Shown: positions 25,775-37,843 of the stretch, in pieces
Layout of the letters: each line of letters begins with the position of its first letter
How positions within the stretch are numbered: position 1 is the first letter of the stretch
Assembly: GCA_951406725.2 (NCBI GenBank)
Contig: OX597818.1
Span: forward strand, 64,914,001 to 64,978,000
DNA: 64,000 bases
Origin: Octopus vulgaris
Taxonomy: Eukaryota
Direction: 5' to 3'
Program-made: the position numbers and the translations under genes
The notes under the pieces: model-generated
What the model saw: the letters and a program-made list of their open reading frames with translations, nothing else
What the model was told of the DNA's origin: nothing
Databases searched by the model: none

Positions 25775-26817
25775 GTATGTGTATATTCTATATATGTTGG
25801 TATTATTAAATATAATAGTTACAATATCGATTAAGACATTCAAGTGTTCGTGCATATAACCATAGGTAATCGGAGATTTCAAATATATACGTGTGTGTGT
25901 GCGCGCCTTTAATCATAATAATATTCCTATTTGGAGGCGCCTATGTCTATAAGCCGCCAGGAAATAGCGAGTCATCAAGCAGGGAATGAAACATACCAGA
26001 AAGTGAACGTACAATTATTAATTAAATATACAATATACAAACGAAAGCAGAGAGTTTGCTGTGACATGAAAATATGAATTCATTCAGTGTAAATAAAATA
26101 AGGACTGTAGGGTTTTTTTCTCTTTCTTTCTGTTCCATTCACTCCGTTTGTCTCTCTCTCTCTCTCTTTCCCTTAAGCTCGTTCCTCCGTGCTGTTCTCA
26201 ATCTCTCCTCTCTCCCTGATTTCTGTGTCACTTTCTGTCCCCAACAACTTTTCACATACTTACTACTGACGCGTGACCAGTGGTCCTCATGACTCCCTCA
26301 TCCCCATTTCCTTTCTTACAAAGATCCCCGTCGCGACAGCTCGTCTTTCTTTCGTTCCACACTTCGAACACGTTTCTCTGTCTCTCTGCTCTCCTCTTGG
26401 ATAACTTTCATGAATTTCCTCTTCGCGTTAACAATATCTTCGTCTCTTAACAATATCCTCGCCCAAGGCCTAATTCTGTTTATTTGTCTTATATTGAGCT
26501 TAAGTTTACATTCCTCCTTCTTCTGTTTTCGTCTTTACCCCGTGTCCATTTACTACTTGTATTCAATATTATTTCTTTTCTATATTGTATATTACATGTA
26601 TTTTTGTCATGCTTAGTCCCTTGTTCCGTTGTTCCTGGTAGCTTTTCGCCGCTGTCATCGCCAAACAGCGCAAAATTGAGGAGCCCATTGACCGATAACT
26701 GATGAGCATTTGCTGACCTTTTCTATCTGTTTCCCATTTCCTTGGGTTTATATTATACATTATATTTTTTAAGGTATATATATGCGCACATATACATAAT
26801 ATAGTTCTAAGAGGTGA

Positions 26818-27312
<495 letters not shown>

Positions 27313-27453
27313 TTTTTTTCTCTCAAGTTTTAGCTCAGAGCTGCGACCATGCTGATGCACCACCGTTTGTGGCCTTGCTGAGCAATAATAATAATACCAC
27401 CATCATCAGCATGTCCTTTACTATTGTTGTTGTTAGTAGTAATGATGGTAGTA

Positions 27454-27688
27454 AAGGTGGTGAGCTGGCAGAAATTTTAGCACGCCGGGCGATATATTTA
27501 GCGTTATTTCATCTGCCGTTACGTTCTTAGTTCAAAATCCGCCGAGGTCAACTTTTCCTTCCATCCTTTCGGGGTCGATAAATTAAGAACCAGTATCACA
27601 CTGTAGTCGACGTAATCGACTTCATCCGTTTGTCTGTCCTTGTTTGTCCCTTCTGTGTGTAGCTCCTTGTGGGCAGTAACGAAATAAA
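27454..27688 (+). mobile_element. SINE family A
   Basis: ggtggtgagctggcagaa head, ccatcctttcggggtcgataaa core and tttgtccc...gtgggcagtaacgaaata tail. Confidence 0.85.
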
Positions 27689-27701
27689 TAATGGTGATAG
27701 C

Positions 27702-27774
<73 letters not shown>

Positions 27775-27854
27775 ATAGCAGTAATATTTAAAAGTAGCAT
27801 TATTATCATCATTACAACTATCACTGTTACAATCCCTACTATTATTGTCCATTT

Positions 27855-28800
27855 CAAACGGGTTTGAATTTATCAAAACCATTTCTGTCTCTGACTTCTC
27901 TCTCGATTTCATTTGTGTTGGTCAGTTTGTAGAATGCGAATATTATAGGCAGTTTCTTACTGCATGTTACCACGTGTTTGCTTAATGGGATTTGACGGAC
28001 ATAACGGTGCGTAACATGCGTCGGTACACAGGTAAACACTCCAATGATTCATACCCAGTCTGACCAACGTATATCTCTTCACATTTCGGGCACCTGAGGT
28101 AAATTATATTTCTACTTTTGCAGTTCATATTTGCATTTGCAAATATTCTTCTGATTTTCGTGCTAATATATTGATCGGCATGCATGCACTGACATTATAA
28201 CATCGATTATCATTGAATTTCAATACGATGAATGATTCTACATTGTTGCTTAGGTCAAATTTTGCCTTTGTTAATAATTATTTCAAGTTCTTCGACCGTC
28301 TTTTACTGAGAAACATAGCTCGCTCCGTGATTATATCATTTTATTCATTACTTTGAGCAATGATCAGCAGGTTTGCTTTGGCAGCGCTAAAGATATTTTG
28401 ATGACACAGATTGTGTGTCATTAAAATTGGTATGACCGATTCGTGGTTACCTCTTTCTTGGGATACCTTAATTTGTTTTATGAGTATTTCTATTGCACGC
28501 TGTATACCATTTCCTATGAGTAAAGATGGACGTTTTTGTTTGAGTAGAAATTCTTTGAGTTCTGTTAAGCGTTTGCCTCTGGTATTCACATCTTCAGCAA
28601 TGCTACATATTTTTTCCGGTTAGACAATATGGGATAATGTATTTTTTCAGACTTCGATTGCACGATATAAATTTCAGGAATTGATACATGCCTGTGTGAT
28701 TTAATATATATCAGTGTTGATGGTGTTGTTTCTTTTAATTACCATTATGACTAGAAATGGTAATCTGAAAACTACTCATCTCCTTTGAAAATTGGAGATT
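27855..28800 (-). pseudogene. Decayed Penelope-like retroelement (RT C-terminal region, linker and GIY-YIG endonuclease)
   Basis: Minus frames give LPFLVIMVIKRNNTINTDIY, KICSIAEDVNTRGKRLTELKEFLLKQKRPSLLI, NMNCKSRNIIYLRCPKCEEIYVGQTG and RQIPLSKHV...KFKP. Several stops and frameshifts are present. Confidence 0.9.
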
Positions 28801-29070
28801 GTTCAGTTAATAATTTTCATCCTTCTGGAGCCTATCGGAAGTTACTCAAAGGACAAATTTAATAATTTCCCTTCAGTTGTCAACTGTAGAACACGACTTT
28901 CATCATTGCTATATAAAGTTGATGATTACGTAAGGCAGGAAAATACTAGTATTATCACAACAAATAGATGATACATGAGGCAGACATATATATAAATATG
29001 TATTTATATATATATGTATGGAAAAAGTCAAGGGAGAAAATGCCAAAATAATTTTATAAAAACATTTCAG

Positions 29071-29175
<105 letters not shown>

Positions 29176-29295
29176 AAAATAGTAAAAAGTGAAAGAACTA
29201 CAGAAGGCTTGTTTTAAAGGGTTTAAAAAATATATTTCAGTCATTATGTCAGAAGAATGTTATAAATTTTTTCATACAGTGACATAGTTTTTGAA

Positions 29296-29330
29296 GAAAT
29301 TACCGGTTTCGTGTTGACTTTTCAAATTTC
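29296..29330 (-). ncRNA. Minimal hammerhead-like motif, U3-A8 variant (second copy)
   Basis: GAAAU UUGAAAA GU-CAAC-AC GAAA C-CG-GUA AUUUC. Confidence 0.65.
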
Positions 29331-29444
29331 TCAAAACCTCGTGTTATGTCTTGGTTATGAAGACATAACGAAGGAGATGTGCCGGGAATTTAAACACACA
29401 GACACACACACAGATACACACACAGGCACACAAGTTGAGTTTTA

Positions 29445-29599
<155 letters not shown>

Positions 29600-30097
29600 T
29601 CTGGCGACCAGGTGCTCGCAACTAAAGATGAGCGAACCCGCTAGAAACTGAATCAGTCACGTGATTCTGTTGTCTGCTAGAAGGTGGCAGGGTTTCGCTC
29701 CCCTGATTGCAACATATATATACAGACTGCAGGCTGCACCGATAACCACATGGTGGAAGATATATCTAGGTTTAAACTAGTAGTAACATGGAACAGTCAC
29801 TTTGATTTGGCGATTAACTTTACGAGTTAGTATAGTTACTACTCTGATCTCTTCATGAGATTATGCAAATAGTTATTGTGCATACATGTCCAAACACACA
29901 CACATAGTGAAAATTTCGATAAGAGAATTTTTCCAGGTGTAATGATAAATATGAGAAGAAGCGAAATGTACAGAAAATTCATGTTCGCGAATATATATAT
30001 ATATGAGTACAAAGTGAGATAGGGGTTATGAGTGTAACCCACTATGGGATATCAGTTATACAATATACTGCTGGTGAAGTTCCCATTGTACTTTATA

Positions 30098-30114
30098 ATC
30101 TCTGACGAGGCCTT

Positions 30115-30194
<80 letters not shown>

Positions 30195-30287
30195 TAACTC
30201 GTTTTTAACTGCATATTACCTCAATACATCTGACTAATACAGGCACAATGAGATACCTTTATCTACAGGCTGAAACAGCTGTAAGAT
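30098..30287 (+). ncRNA. Type I hammerhead-like motif with an intact core and a loop II of about 140 nt containing (TA)n
   Basis: AUCU CUGACGA GGCCUUGAGAUA [loop] UAUCUACAGGCU GAAA C-AGCU-GUA AGAU. Confidence 0.7.
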
Positions 30288-30443
30288 CCATTTTATGTGT
30301 ATTATTTTTATGGTTTTATCTTACTTATTGATGTATATTGTTTTATTCTGTTTGTTTTGGATGTTCCTATTTAAGTAGTTAATAAATAATATGAATTGGT
30401 AATATCTGTAAGTCGATGATTGAAAGGAATCTGTTCCTCCATT

Positions 30444-30511
<68 letters not shown>

Positions 30512-32567
30512 AAATATGTATATATATATCATGGAAAGCAATATTTACATACTTGCCCTCTGTGGTCTGTGCTCTCCATGAGTAAGTGGGTAGAGATAAT
30601 GTTCTAATTTAATGCTATCGTATGAACTTGTCTTTTTTATAGAGTTCTACTTATTAGAAGTGTAACGTTTCAGCGTCACATTTCAAATTTCGTATATGTG
30701 ATTTTTCTCCTTCTTGTATATTTCCTATCATTGTAGAATGAAGTGGAATCCACTTTGATCGACCAGTAATCTTTACAAATATCCTGTTGTATGAAGTTAA
30801 AAAGAAAAACCGCTTCCAGAAACAGCGATTGCGCTGTGCTCTGGTAAATTATAGTGAAAGATGCTTTACAAATCAGCCGAAGCAGGTAATGCATATGCGT
30901 AAATTTAAACTGAACTGGCATCAATATCCTTGTAATATATCTAGCGGCCTGCTACCTGAATGTACAAATACTGTTGAATGAGAAATCATCCGGGAAACCA
31001 AAGCGTCCTACTGTTCATACTGCCGCAGGCCTTGCCATATTCAGTAAAGATATAGCTGACTCTTATGAAACACAATCACTAAACAAAGGTTACCAAAGTT
31101 TAAATGCCTGAGGCAATGCAGATTTGGTTTTGCGTTCAAGGAGAACGCAGGCGATATTCCCGTTCCTTTAGGAATCAATCGAATAAAAATATTAGACACA
31201 GCTAGTGTATATATTTGCCCGTCCTTTTATAAAGGGGGGCTCACATTGGATAAAGGACACTAAGAAATGCAAAGCGCGTGTGAATGATGATATGGGATGT
31301 ATATTATACTTGATTAATCTCAGTGAGGGCAGCACTGAGGTGAAATAATATTATAAACATAAAACACATCAATGATTCATTGATTTGAAAAGTCAAACTA
31401 CTTCTAATGTATTCAGTAGTTGAATATAATAATAAATATTTCACAGATAATGGCTGGCATATGCCGATAAAATTGTAATTACATCCTAACCTATTATATG
31501 AAATCTGGTAGCGCAAGATAACTAGTAAAACAATGAGCAATGAAATTTGTTTTCCTTTATATGTTTCTAATTGCAAATGTATATTTAATGTTTTGGCACA
31601 CACAAAACAAAAATATAAAAAAAAAAATATATATATGTATTCATACTCAAAGCCATTGTCCAATTTCAGAAATGTTGTAAACATTTGAAAGAGAAAGATG
31701 CTTTTAATTGTTTTCCAGAATTATGGCTATTAAATATTGTATCGTATCAGATGAAAGGAAATAATACAAAAAGATTCGCACATTTCGTATGATTAGCATT
31801 CAAATATCGAGTGCACCGAGAATTTTACCCTCGTTAATGTATAATAGTAACTATAAGGAATGCGTAACTGTAAAAGTGGGAATCCGTATGCATACCACTG
31901 ATAATATACATATAAACATGCATGGGATACTGCAAACAAACATACATACATAAAAACATATATACATACGAACATACATACGTACATATATATTAATACA
32001 CACACCCACAAACATACATGTACATGTAAAGATTATGAATAACGCAAATTGGTTTGAAAATATACTACAGCCGTTTCGGTTGATTTTATTGATGCATTGA
32101 CAGATTACATCATAGTATAATTTCACTATCATCAAGTAAACATTGAAACCTCTATGAACATTGACGGTGACCTATTCAAGAGCTGATATGGTAAATTAGT
32201 TATCATGTACCACATATGTGATAGAAATCGCATGGGGTGTTAGAATGGGAATGAGAATTTGCGGAAACAAAGGGAGATAAGTCGTATCGAGAGGTTCAGC
32301 TGGTGGAAGGCAGAGTAACATTAATTCAAACTTACATATCATCTTGTTACTGAGTGATCAAATGTTTAAGCAAGGGTTCATGCCTATTAAAGCAGGAAAT
32401 ATATGAAATAATTCAATATTTATATGCCAATCGCATGCATGAGCATATTAGCAGTAGTATGAGACTTCTCTTCCCTGCTACCATACGAATGTTTACGCTT
32501 CTTTCCTGCTACAGTGCATGTTTCTACAGATTCTGTCTCTCAATACGTATAAATGTTGAGATACGCT

Positions 32568-32602
<35 letters not shown>

Positions 32603-32606
<4 letters not shown>

Positions 32607-32634
32607 TTTGATACTTTGATACTTTGATACTTTG
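32603..32634 (-). repeat. LINE 3'-terminal tandem octamer (CAAAGTAT)x4
   Basis: atactttg repeated four times on the plus strand. Confidence 0.95.
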
Positions 32635-32703
32635 ATAGGTTTCAGCCATTATTGGCCCAGGCCATGTCTAACTTAATAGCACCACCTGGTGAAGTCTTTC
32701 AAG

Positions 32704-35700
32704 TCAGAATTTGGGCACTATGGCCCACTCAAGTAGAGAGTTATTGTTTACAGAGACATATCCGGGTGTAGGGGGTTTATCCGGGATTTCTTGAAGGAAT
32801 CTGTCCAAAGACTTCTTGAACCCTATAGGGTCAGTTTCTGTTTTAATGTGTTTTGGTGTAATGTTAAAGAGAGCGGGGCCAATTGAGGTGAAATAATTGT
32901 GCCGTATTGTTGTTATGAGATGAGAGTGCGATTTTTGTTTTGGGCGGATGGCACGGGGCCCAAGCCTTGGATGTACCTTAAAGGTGATGCCAACATCATT
33001 TGGGCAATGCTGATGGAATATTTTCCACATCATGCAGATGATGTAGCGCTCACGACGACGTTGGAGAGAATAGAGTTTTAGCTTTTCTAGTCGACCCCAA
33101 TAGTCGAGGCCTGTCATGCCATCTATCTTTTTTGTGATTGCCCTTTGAGGTGCTTCGACTTTTTTGATACCTTGTATTGTGTGGGGAGACCACAGTGGAC
33201 AACAGTATTCAAGGTGGGGTCGGGCAAAAGTGGAGAAGAGAAGGATAATGGTGTGGATATCTCTCGACTGGAAAGTTCTGAGAATCCAGGAACACATTCT
33301 GCGGGCCATGTCAACTTTGGTGTTTATATGAGTGGCCCAGCTTACGTTGTTGTCCACAATTACTCCCAAGTCTCTGATGTTGTTGGACGCCGCGAGAGTT
33401 TCACCTGAAGGAAGGGAGTATGGGAGTTTCAGGGCATCCTCTTTTCCAAAGTGGATTAGCTCAAATTTATCCTCGTTCAGCAGCATATTGTTTTTTTCTG
33501 CCCATTGGATAACAGCCAGTAGATCTGACTGAAGGCATGTCCGGTCACTCGCCTCATTTATGACCTTCTGTAGCTTGGAGTCATCTGCAAAGATTTTTAT
33601 GTTGCTGTGCTTGATGATGTCATTAATGTCATTAATGTAAATGATGAAAAGAAGTGGGCCCAGCACAGTGCCTTGCGGAACGCCACTACTGACTTTGGCT
33701 GGGCTTGATTTTACCCCTTCAACTACAACATGTTGAGATCTGTCTGTCAGGAAACACTTAATCCATTTCAGTAACTTTCCAGAGACACCAATGTTGGATA
33801 GTTTTTTCAATAGGATCTTGTGATCGACCCTGTCGAAGGCCTTACTGAAATCAAGGTAGATGACATCGGTGTTGGAGCCCTCTCCCAAAGCTCTCAAAAT
33901 GTCCTCAAAGTGATGCAGGAGCTGCGTTAGGCAGTCCCTTCCATTACGGAACCCATGTTGGTTGGAGATCAGCCGTCTGTTGCTTTCCAGAAATTGGGTT
34001 ATTTGAGATCTCACCACCCTCTCAAATACCTTGATGATATGAGAGGTGAGTGAGATCGGACGGTAATTCACTGCAAGGGACTTGTTTCCCTTTTTGAAAA
34101 CTGGGACAACAGACTGGGACAGAAGGTTTTTTGGAATATAGCCAGCATCCAGTGAGTTTCTCCACAGATTAGCAAGGGGAGATGCAAGTTGGTGTCGACA
34201 CACCTTCAGGACACAAGCAGGGAACCTATCGGGGCCTACTGCTGAATTGTGTTTTATTTCGTTTATCGCCGCTAAGACATCAGGGGCACTAAACGTTATG
34301 TCCGATATAGTGTGTTGGGGGTTGACATCATTGATACAGCCCAGATCGGCCATATCAGGATTGCTGAAAACAGAGCAGTATTGTTTCTGCAGTATCTCGG
34401 CCATGGATTTGGCATTATCTTGGAGAGTGCCAGTTTCGTCAATTAGAGGGCCTACAGTGGAGACAGTGACCCTGCGTTTCCTCGCAAATGAAAAGAACAC
34501 TTTGGGGTTGAGTTTGATTTTTTCAATGGCCCACTTCTCCTCAGCTGATCTTTGGTTATTGATGAGGGACTTCATGCATTGTTGGAGGTTATATTTTTTG
34601 GATTCAAGCAGTGCGATAGCCGTCGAATGTGTGTGTTGCTGTTGGCAGTACTTTAGTTTGTTAATTTTTTTGTTTGTTCTTTTTATTTTTCTGATAATGG
34701 TTTTTCTGTTTTGGGGGATTCTGCACTTTTTGTTCACAGGTCTTGGTGGGGAGTGTTTTGCACATATGTCTGTGACGGTGTCTACAAAGATCTGCCAAGA
34801 TGTTTTATGGTTGGTGGAGATGTGTGTATGTGTAAAGGACCAGTCAACATTTGATAGCTCGTTCCTGATTGCATCCCAGTTGGCTTTATGGAGATCCATG
34901 TTGTCAAATGGGTGGGCTGGAGGAAGGTCACTAGGATTAGCTTTCGGCTGGTGGAATTTCATGTTACAGAGAACCATGTCATGGTCTGAAAGAAGGGTTT
35001 TTTCCACTGTAACGTTATGTATAGTGTTAGTGTGGTTACTAAACACTAGGTCCAAAATGTTCTGATGTCTTGTTGGTGCAAGGACAAGTTGGGACAAGAA
35101 AAACTCATTCGTAAAGTCGAAAAGTGACTCTGCTGCTTCTTTGTCAGCGGTTGAGGCGGGAGTGCTTGGTTTCAAACAGTTTGTAGTCCAGTCAACACAG
35201 GGTAGATTGAAGTCTCCCATCATGAGTATGTTGCTAGAATGGCACTGTTGAATAAAGCACTTAATGCTGTTGAGGCATTCTTTAAAGCACAGTATGGGTG
35301 TTTGGGGCGGCCTATAGAGCCCAATTACTGTCAGATCATTGGCTTTGTTGTGCACGGTGACTGATTCACAGTAGCCGTTGGAGAATATACTATTTCCATC
35401 TGCCGTAAATGAATCATGCAGGAAAATGGCAGTTCCACCCTTCCTCCTGCCGATACGATCCGCGCGGATGGTTGTGAAATTCTTCACTCTCACTTCGGCT
35501 TCCAAGTGGGAGTTGTCAAGGTGGGTCTCAGTGAGAATGAAGAAAGGGATGTGGTGTGAATGGTTACCAACCCAGTCTTCAATGAATTGGACCTTCCATT
35601 TTTGTGCATTGATGGAAGGGCTGACACCTTGTGCATTGAGTAGGAATGTGGAGGTTAGTGTAGTGGCTGGTTTTGACTGTTGCAGGGGGCTTGGATTTTT

Positions 35701-35943
35701 TGTGTGTGTTAGTGGCAGCAATGTGGGGAATTGGTGCACTGGGGTAATAGCATAGGATGGTGTTGAGTGATGGCTAGAATGTTTTTGTGTATCTCTTTTG
35801 CCATGTTCAACATGGCTAAAAAGAATTTTCCTGCTTAGGGAGCAGTTTTTGGCTGGAGGTGTGGTTGCACTGTTGGATAGGGTTGTAGTTTCCACTTTTG
35901 TTGTTGTTGTTTTTGTGTCTTCCTGAAAAGACTGGACCAGCAT
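32704..35943 (-). CDS. LINE ORF2: apurinic-like endonuclease plus reverse transcriptase (1079 aa)
   Basis: APE motifs LLNAQG, ILTETHL, GGTAIF, GLYRPP, MGDFN, LDLVF and SDH. RT motifs NYRPISLTS, QHGFR, YLDFSKAFDRV, GVPQGTVLGPLLF, FADD and RDLGV. CR1-like C-terminus SLQRRRER. Confidence 0.97.
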   Translation of the reverse strand: MLVQSFQEDTKTTTTKVETTTLSNSATTPPAKNCSLSRKILFSHVEHGKRDTQKHSSHHSTPSYAITPVHQFPTLLPLTHTKNPSPLQQSKPATTLTSTFLLNAQGVSPSINAQKWKVQFIEDWVGNHSHHIPFFILTETHLDNSHLEAEVRVKNFTTIRADRIGRRKGGTAIFLHDSFTADGNSIFSNGYCESVTVHNKANDLTVIGLYRPPQTPILCFKECLNSIKCFIQQCHSSNILMMGDFNLPCVDWTTNCLKPSTPASTADKEAAESLFDFTNEFFLSQLVLAPTRHQNILDLVFSNHTNTIHNVTVEKTLLSDHDMVLCNMKFHQPKANPSDLPPAHPFDNMDLHKANWDAIRNELSNVDWSFTHTHISTNHKTSWQIFVDTVTDICAKHSPPRPVNKKCRIPQNRKTIIRKIKRTNKKINKLKYCQQQHTHSTAIALLESKKYNLQQCMKSLINNQRSAEEKWAIEKIKLNPKVFFSFARKRRVTVSTVGPLIDETGTLQDNAKSMAEILQKQYCSVFSNPDMADLGCINDVNPQHTISDITFSAPDVLAAINEIKHNSAVGPDRFPACVLKVCRHQLASPLANLWRNSLDAGYIPKNLLSQSVVPVFKKGNKSLAVNYRPISLTSHIIKVFERVVRSQITQFLESNRRLISNQHGFRNGRDCLTQLLHHFEDILRALGEGSNTDVIYLDFSKAFDRVDHKILLKKLSNIGVSGKLLKWIKCFLTDRSQHVVVEGVKSSPAKVSSGVPQGTVLGPLLFIIYINDINDIIKHSNIKIFADDSKLQKVINEASDRTCLQSDLLAVIQWAEKNNMLLNEDKFELIHFGKEDALKLPYSLPSGETLAASNNIRDLGVIVDNNVSWATHINTKVDMARRMCSWILRTFQSRDIHTIILLFSTFARPHLEYCCPLWSPHTIQGIKKVEAPQRAITKKIDGMTGLDYWGRLEKLKLYSLQRRRERYIICMMWKIFHQHCPNDVGITFKVHPRLGPRAIRPKQKSHSHLITTIRHNYFTSIGPALFNITPKHIKTETDPIGFKKSLDRFLQEIPDKPPTPGYVSVNNNSLLEWAIVPKF

Positions 35944-36928
35944 TACTGCAGCATGGTGTGTTTCTATTTTTATTGTTATTCAGGTTTGTGTGTTGGCTTG
36001 AGGCCCCGTTTCTGTTTGTGCGTCGGGTCCCTGGAAGATGAGTGAAGGGACAGTCACTCAGTAGACATGTTCTCTCACGTTGGGAATACCGGCAGATTTT
36101 GGGACTCCGAGTTGTGTGTGTTTTGAATTTCGATTTACTATTTGGTGGTGTTGATGTTATTGTGGGATGCGTGCTTTGGCCTTGGCCAGTAGTGCGTCTA
36201 GTGCCGGGTAGATGCGTGAAGATGCAGTCACTATTTGTGCAGAGTCTCTGGCGCAGTGAATAGCGGCATATTTGGGGATTTCTTGTTTGTGCCGTGGGGG
36301 GTGCATTCTGCTTCCTATGTTTCTTTAAGTTTTTGTTACTGCAGTAGTATTGAGGTGGTGATGTGGGGGAAGAGGGCAGTGGTTTCTTATTTGGTTTTCT
36401 GTTGGTATTTTTGGTGATAGAAGACGATGGTGGCAGCGGTGGTGATGATGATGATGATAATTGTGGTGGTTGCTGTGAGAGCGGTGAAAAGATACTGGCA
36501 TTTAGTGAATCGTCTAGTAAGCTAGAGTTGAGGAGTGGCTGTTGTTGTTCTTGTTGCTGTGGCTGTTGTTGTTGTGCCTGACCGATGTCAGGGTCAGCCA
36601 TTGTGTTGGGAACCAGGAGTGGCTCATTCTGTTGTTGTTGTTGTGGCTGCTGATTTTCTAGCTGTTGTTGTTCTTGAACTGTGAAAATATGTAGAAGCTT
36701 TTCATAATGGCCTCTTATCAGTTTGAAAGATACTTCGATATGTTTCAACTTGCTACGAATCTGTTTGACGGATCGTGTGTTGACCACTTGTGATGTTTTT
36801 TCGGCAATCTCATTCAAACACAAGACATTTAGATTTTCTGTTTGGGAAAGAGAGAGCCATGTGTTTATTAAAACATCAATTTCGTTATCAGACCAATTTC
36901 GTCTGTTGCAGGCCTGCAAGTTAGTCAT
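35816..36928 (-). CDS. LINE ORF1 (370 aa): Myb/SANT-like N-terminus, Q/P/S-rich linker, two C-x8-C-x4-C-x3-H zinc fingers
   Basis: Lies directly upstream of ORF2. Contains RRNWSDNEIDVLINTW...RSVKQIRSKLK and the duplicated units ICRYSLRQRLCTNSDCIFTHLPGTRR and ICRYSQRERTCLLSDCPFTHLPGTRR. Confidence 0.88.
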   Translation of the reverse strand: MTNLQACNRRNWSDNEIDVLINTWLSLSQTENLNVLCLNEIAEKTSQVVNTRSVKQIRSKLKHIEVSFKLIRGHYEKLLHIFTVQEQQQLENQQPQQQQQNEPLLVPNTMADPDIGQAQQQQPQQQEQQQPLLNSSLLDDSLNASIFSPLSQQPPQLSSSSSPPLPPSSSITKNTNRKPNKKPLPSSPTSPPQYYCSNKNLKKHRKQNAPPTAQTRNPQICRYSLRQRLCTNSDCIFTHLPGTRRTTGQGQSTHPTITSTPPNSKSKFKTHTTRSPKICRYSQRERTCLLSDCPFTHLPGTRRTNRNGASSQHTNLNNNKNRNTPCCSNAGPVFSGRHKNNNNKSGNYNPIQQCNHTSSQKLLPKQENSF

Positions 36929-37262
36929 GTTTGTTTTTCTTTTGTTTGTTTTCCTTTTGATTTTTGAAAATATATATATTCTTTCTTGGGAGTTAAAGAA
37001 GTGTATATATATATAAATGTTCTCTCTTAAGGGTGTGAGTTTTTGATTATTTGGTTGTTTGAGGATATTAAAAGAAAAACAGGTGTATATAACAATTTGT
37101 AGTTAAATGAAAACGTACTTACGGGTTTGTAGGCAAACACGTGGTTACAAATATATATATATTTAAGGTCAGTTAGTTTTGAAGCTGTGTAGCTTGCTAC
37201 TGACTCGGGAGAGAAACAAATAGACGTCCGTCCAGTTCAACAGTTAATCCAAATATCCAAAT

Positions 37263-37317
<55 letters not shown>

Positions 37318-37337
37318 GTTAATCCAAATATCCAAAT

Positions 37338-37372
<35 letters not shown>

Positions 37373-37517
37373 GTCATCTCCGTTTTCGTTCTGTTGATTT
37401 TTTCGTCTTCTTGTGATGTCCTGTACGTATATATATATTTATATATGCATGTATATATACATGTAGATGTCGGTACGTACATATATGTTTGTATGTATGC
37501 ATATATTTTATTTATTA

Positions 37518-37577
<60 letters not shown>

Positions 37578-37843
37578 ATGCACGCTCTATAACCGTAACA
37601 GTACAGGGCTCAGTAAATTAATTTGATATATAAAAGACCACAATAAGCTGTTTAATTTAGAATGGTTGATACTCTCAATCTCGATACCTTATGACAAAGG
37701 CAAGGAATTCTGTCTTCTCTGTAGTTCTGAAATATCTGTCATTATTTTTCTAAAAATCCCCTAGTAAACACGGTTATAGAGCGAGCATACCGATGTAAAC
37801 ATTGGCAAAACACACCTTTAGTTCATATAAGTAATCTCTATCA

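Larger units (their letters stand above)
32603..37242 (-). mobile_element. Full-length, apparently intact CR1-group LINE (two ORFs, about 310-nt 5' UTR, 69-nt 3' UTR, octamer tail)
   Basis: Two uninterrupted ORFs. The 3' terminus is four copies of the octamer CAAAGTAT at 32603-32634 with no poly-A, typical of CR1/L2-group elements. Both flanks run into (TA)n. The 5' boundary is approximate. Confidence 0.92.

Noticed and set aside
26698-26725. CTGATGAGCATTTGC as a hammerhead
   Set aside because: There is no GAAA or stem III after the short stem.
29615-29665. CTAAAGA...AGCG/CGCT...GAAACTGAATCAGTC as a hammerhead
   Set aside because: G5 is lost and stem I does not pair. It is possibly a dead copy and was not counted.
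34247-35065. 272-aa plus-strand ORF and other antisense ORFs within the LINE
   Set aside because: They are antisense shadows of ORF1/ORF2 with no motifs.
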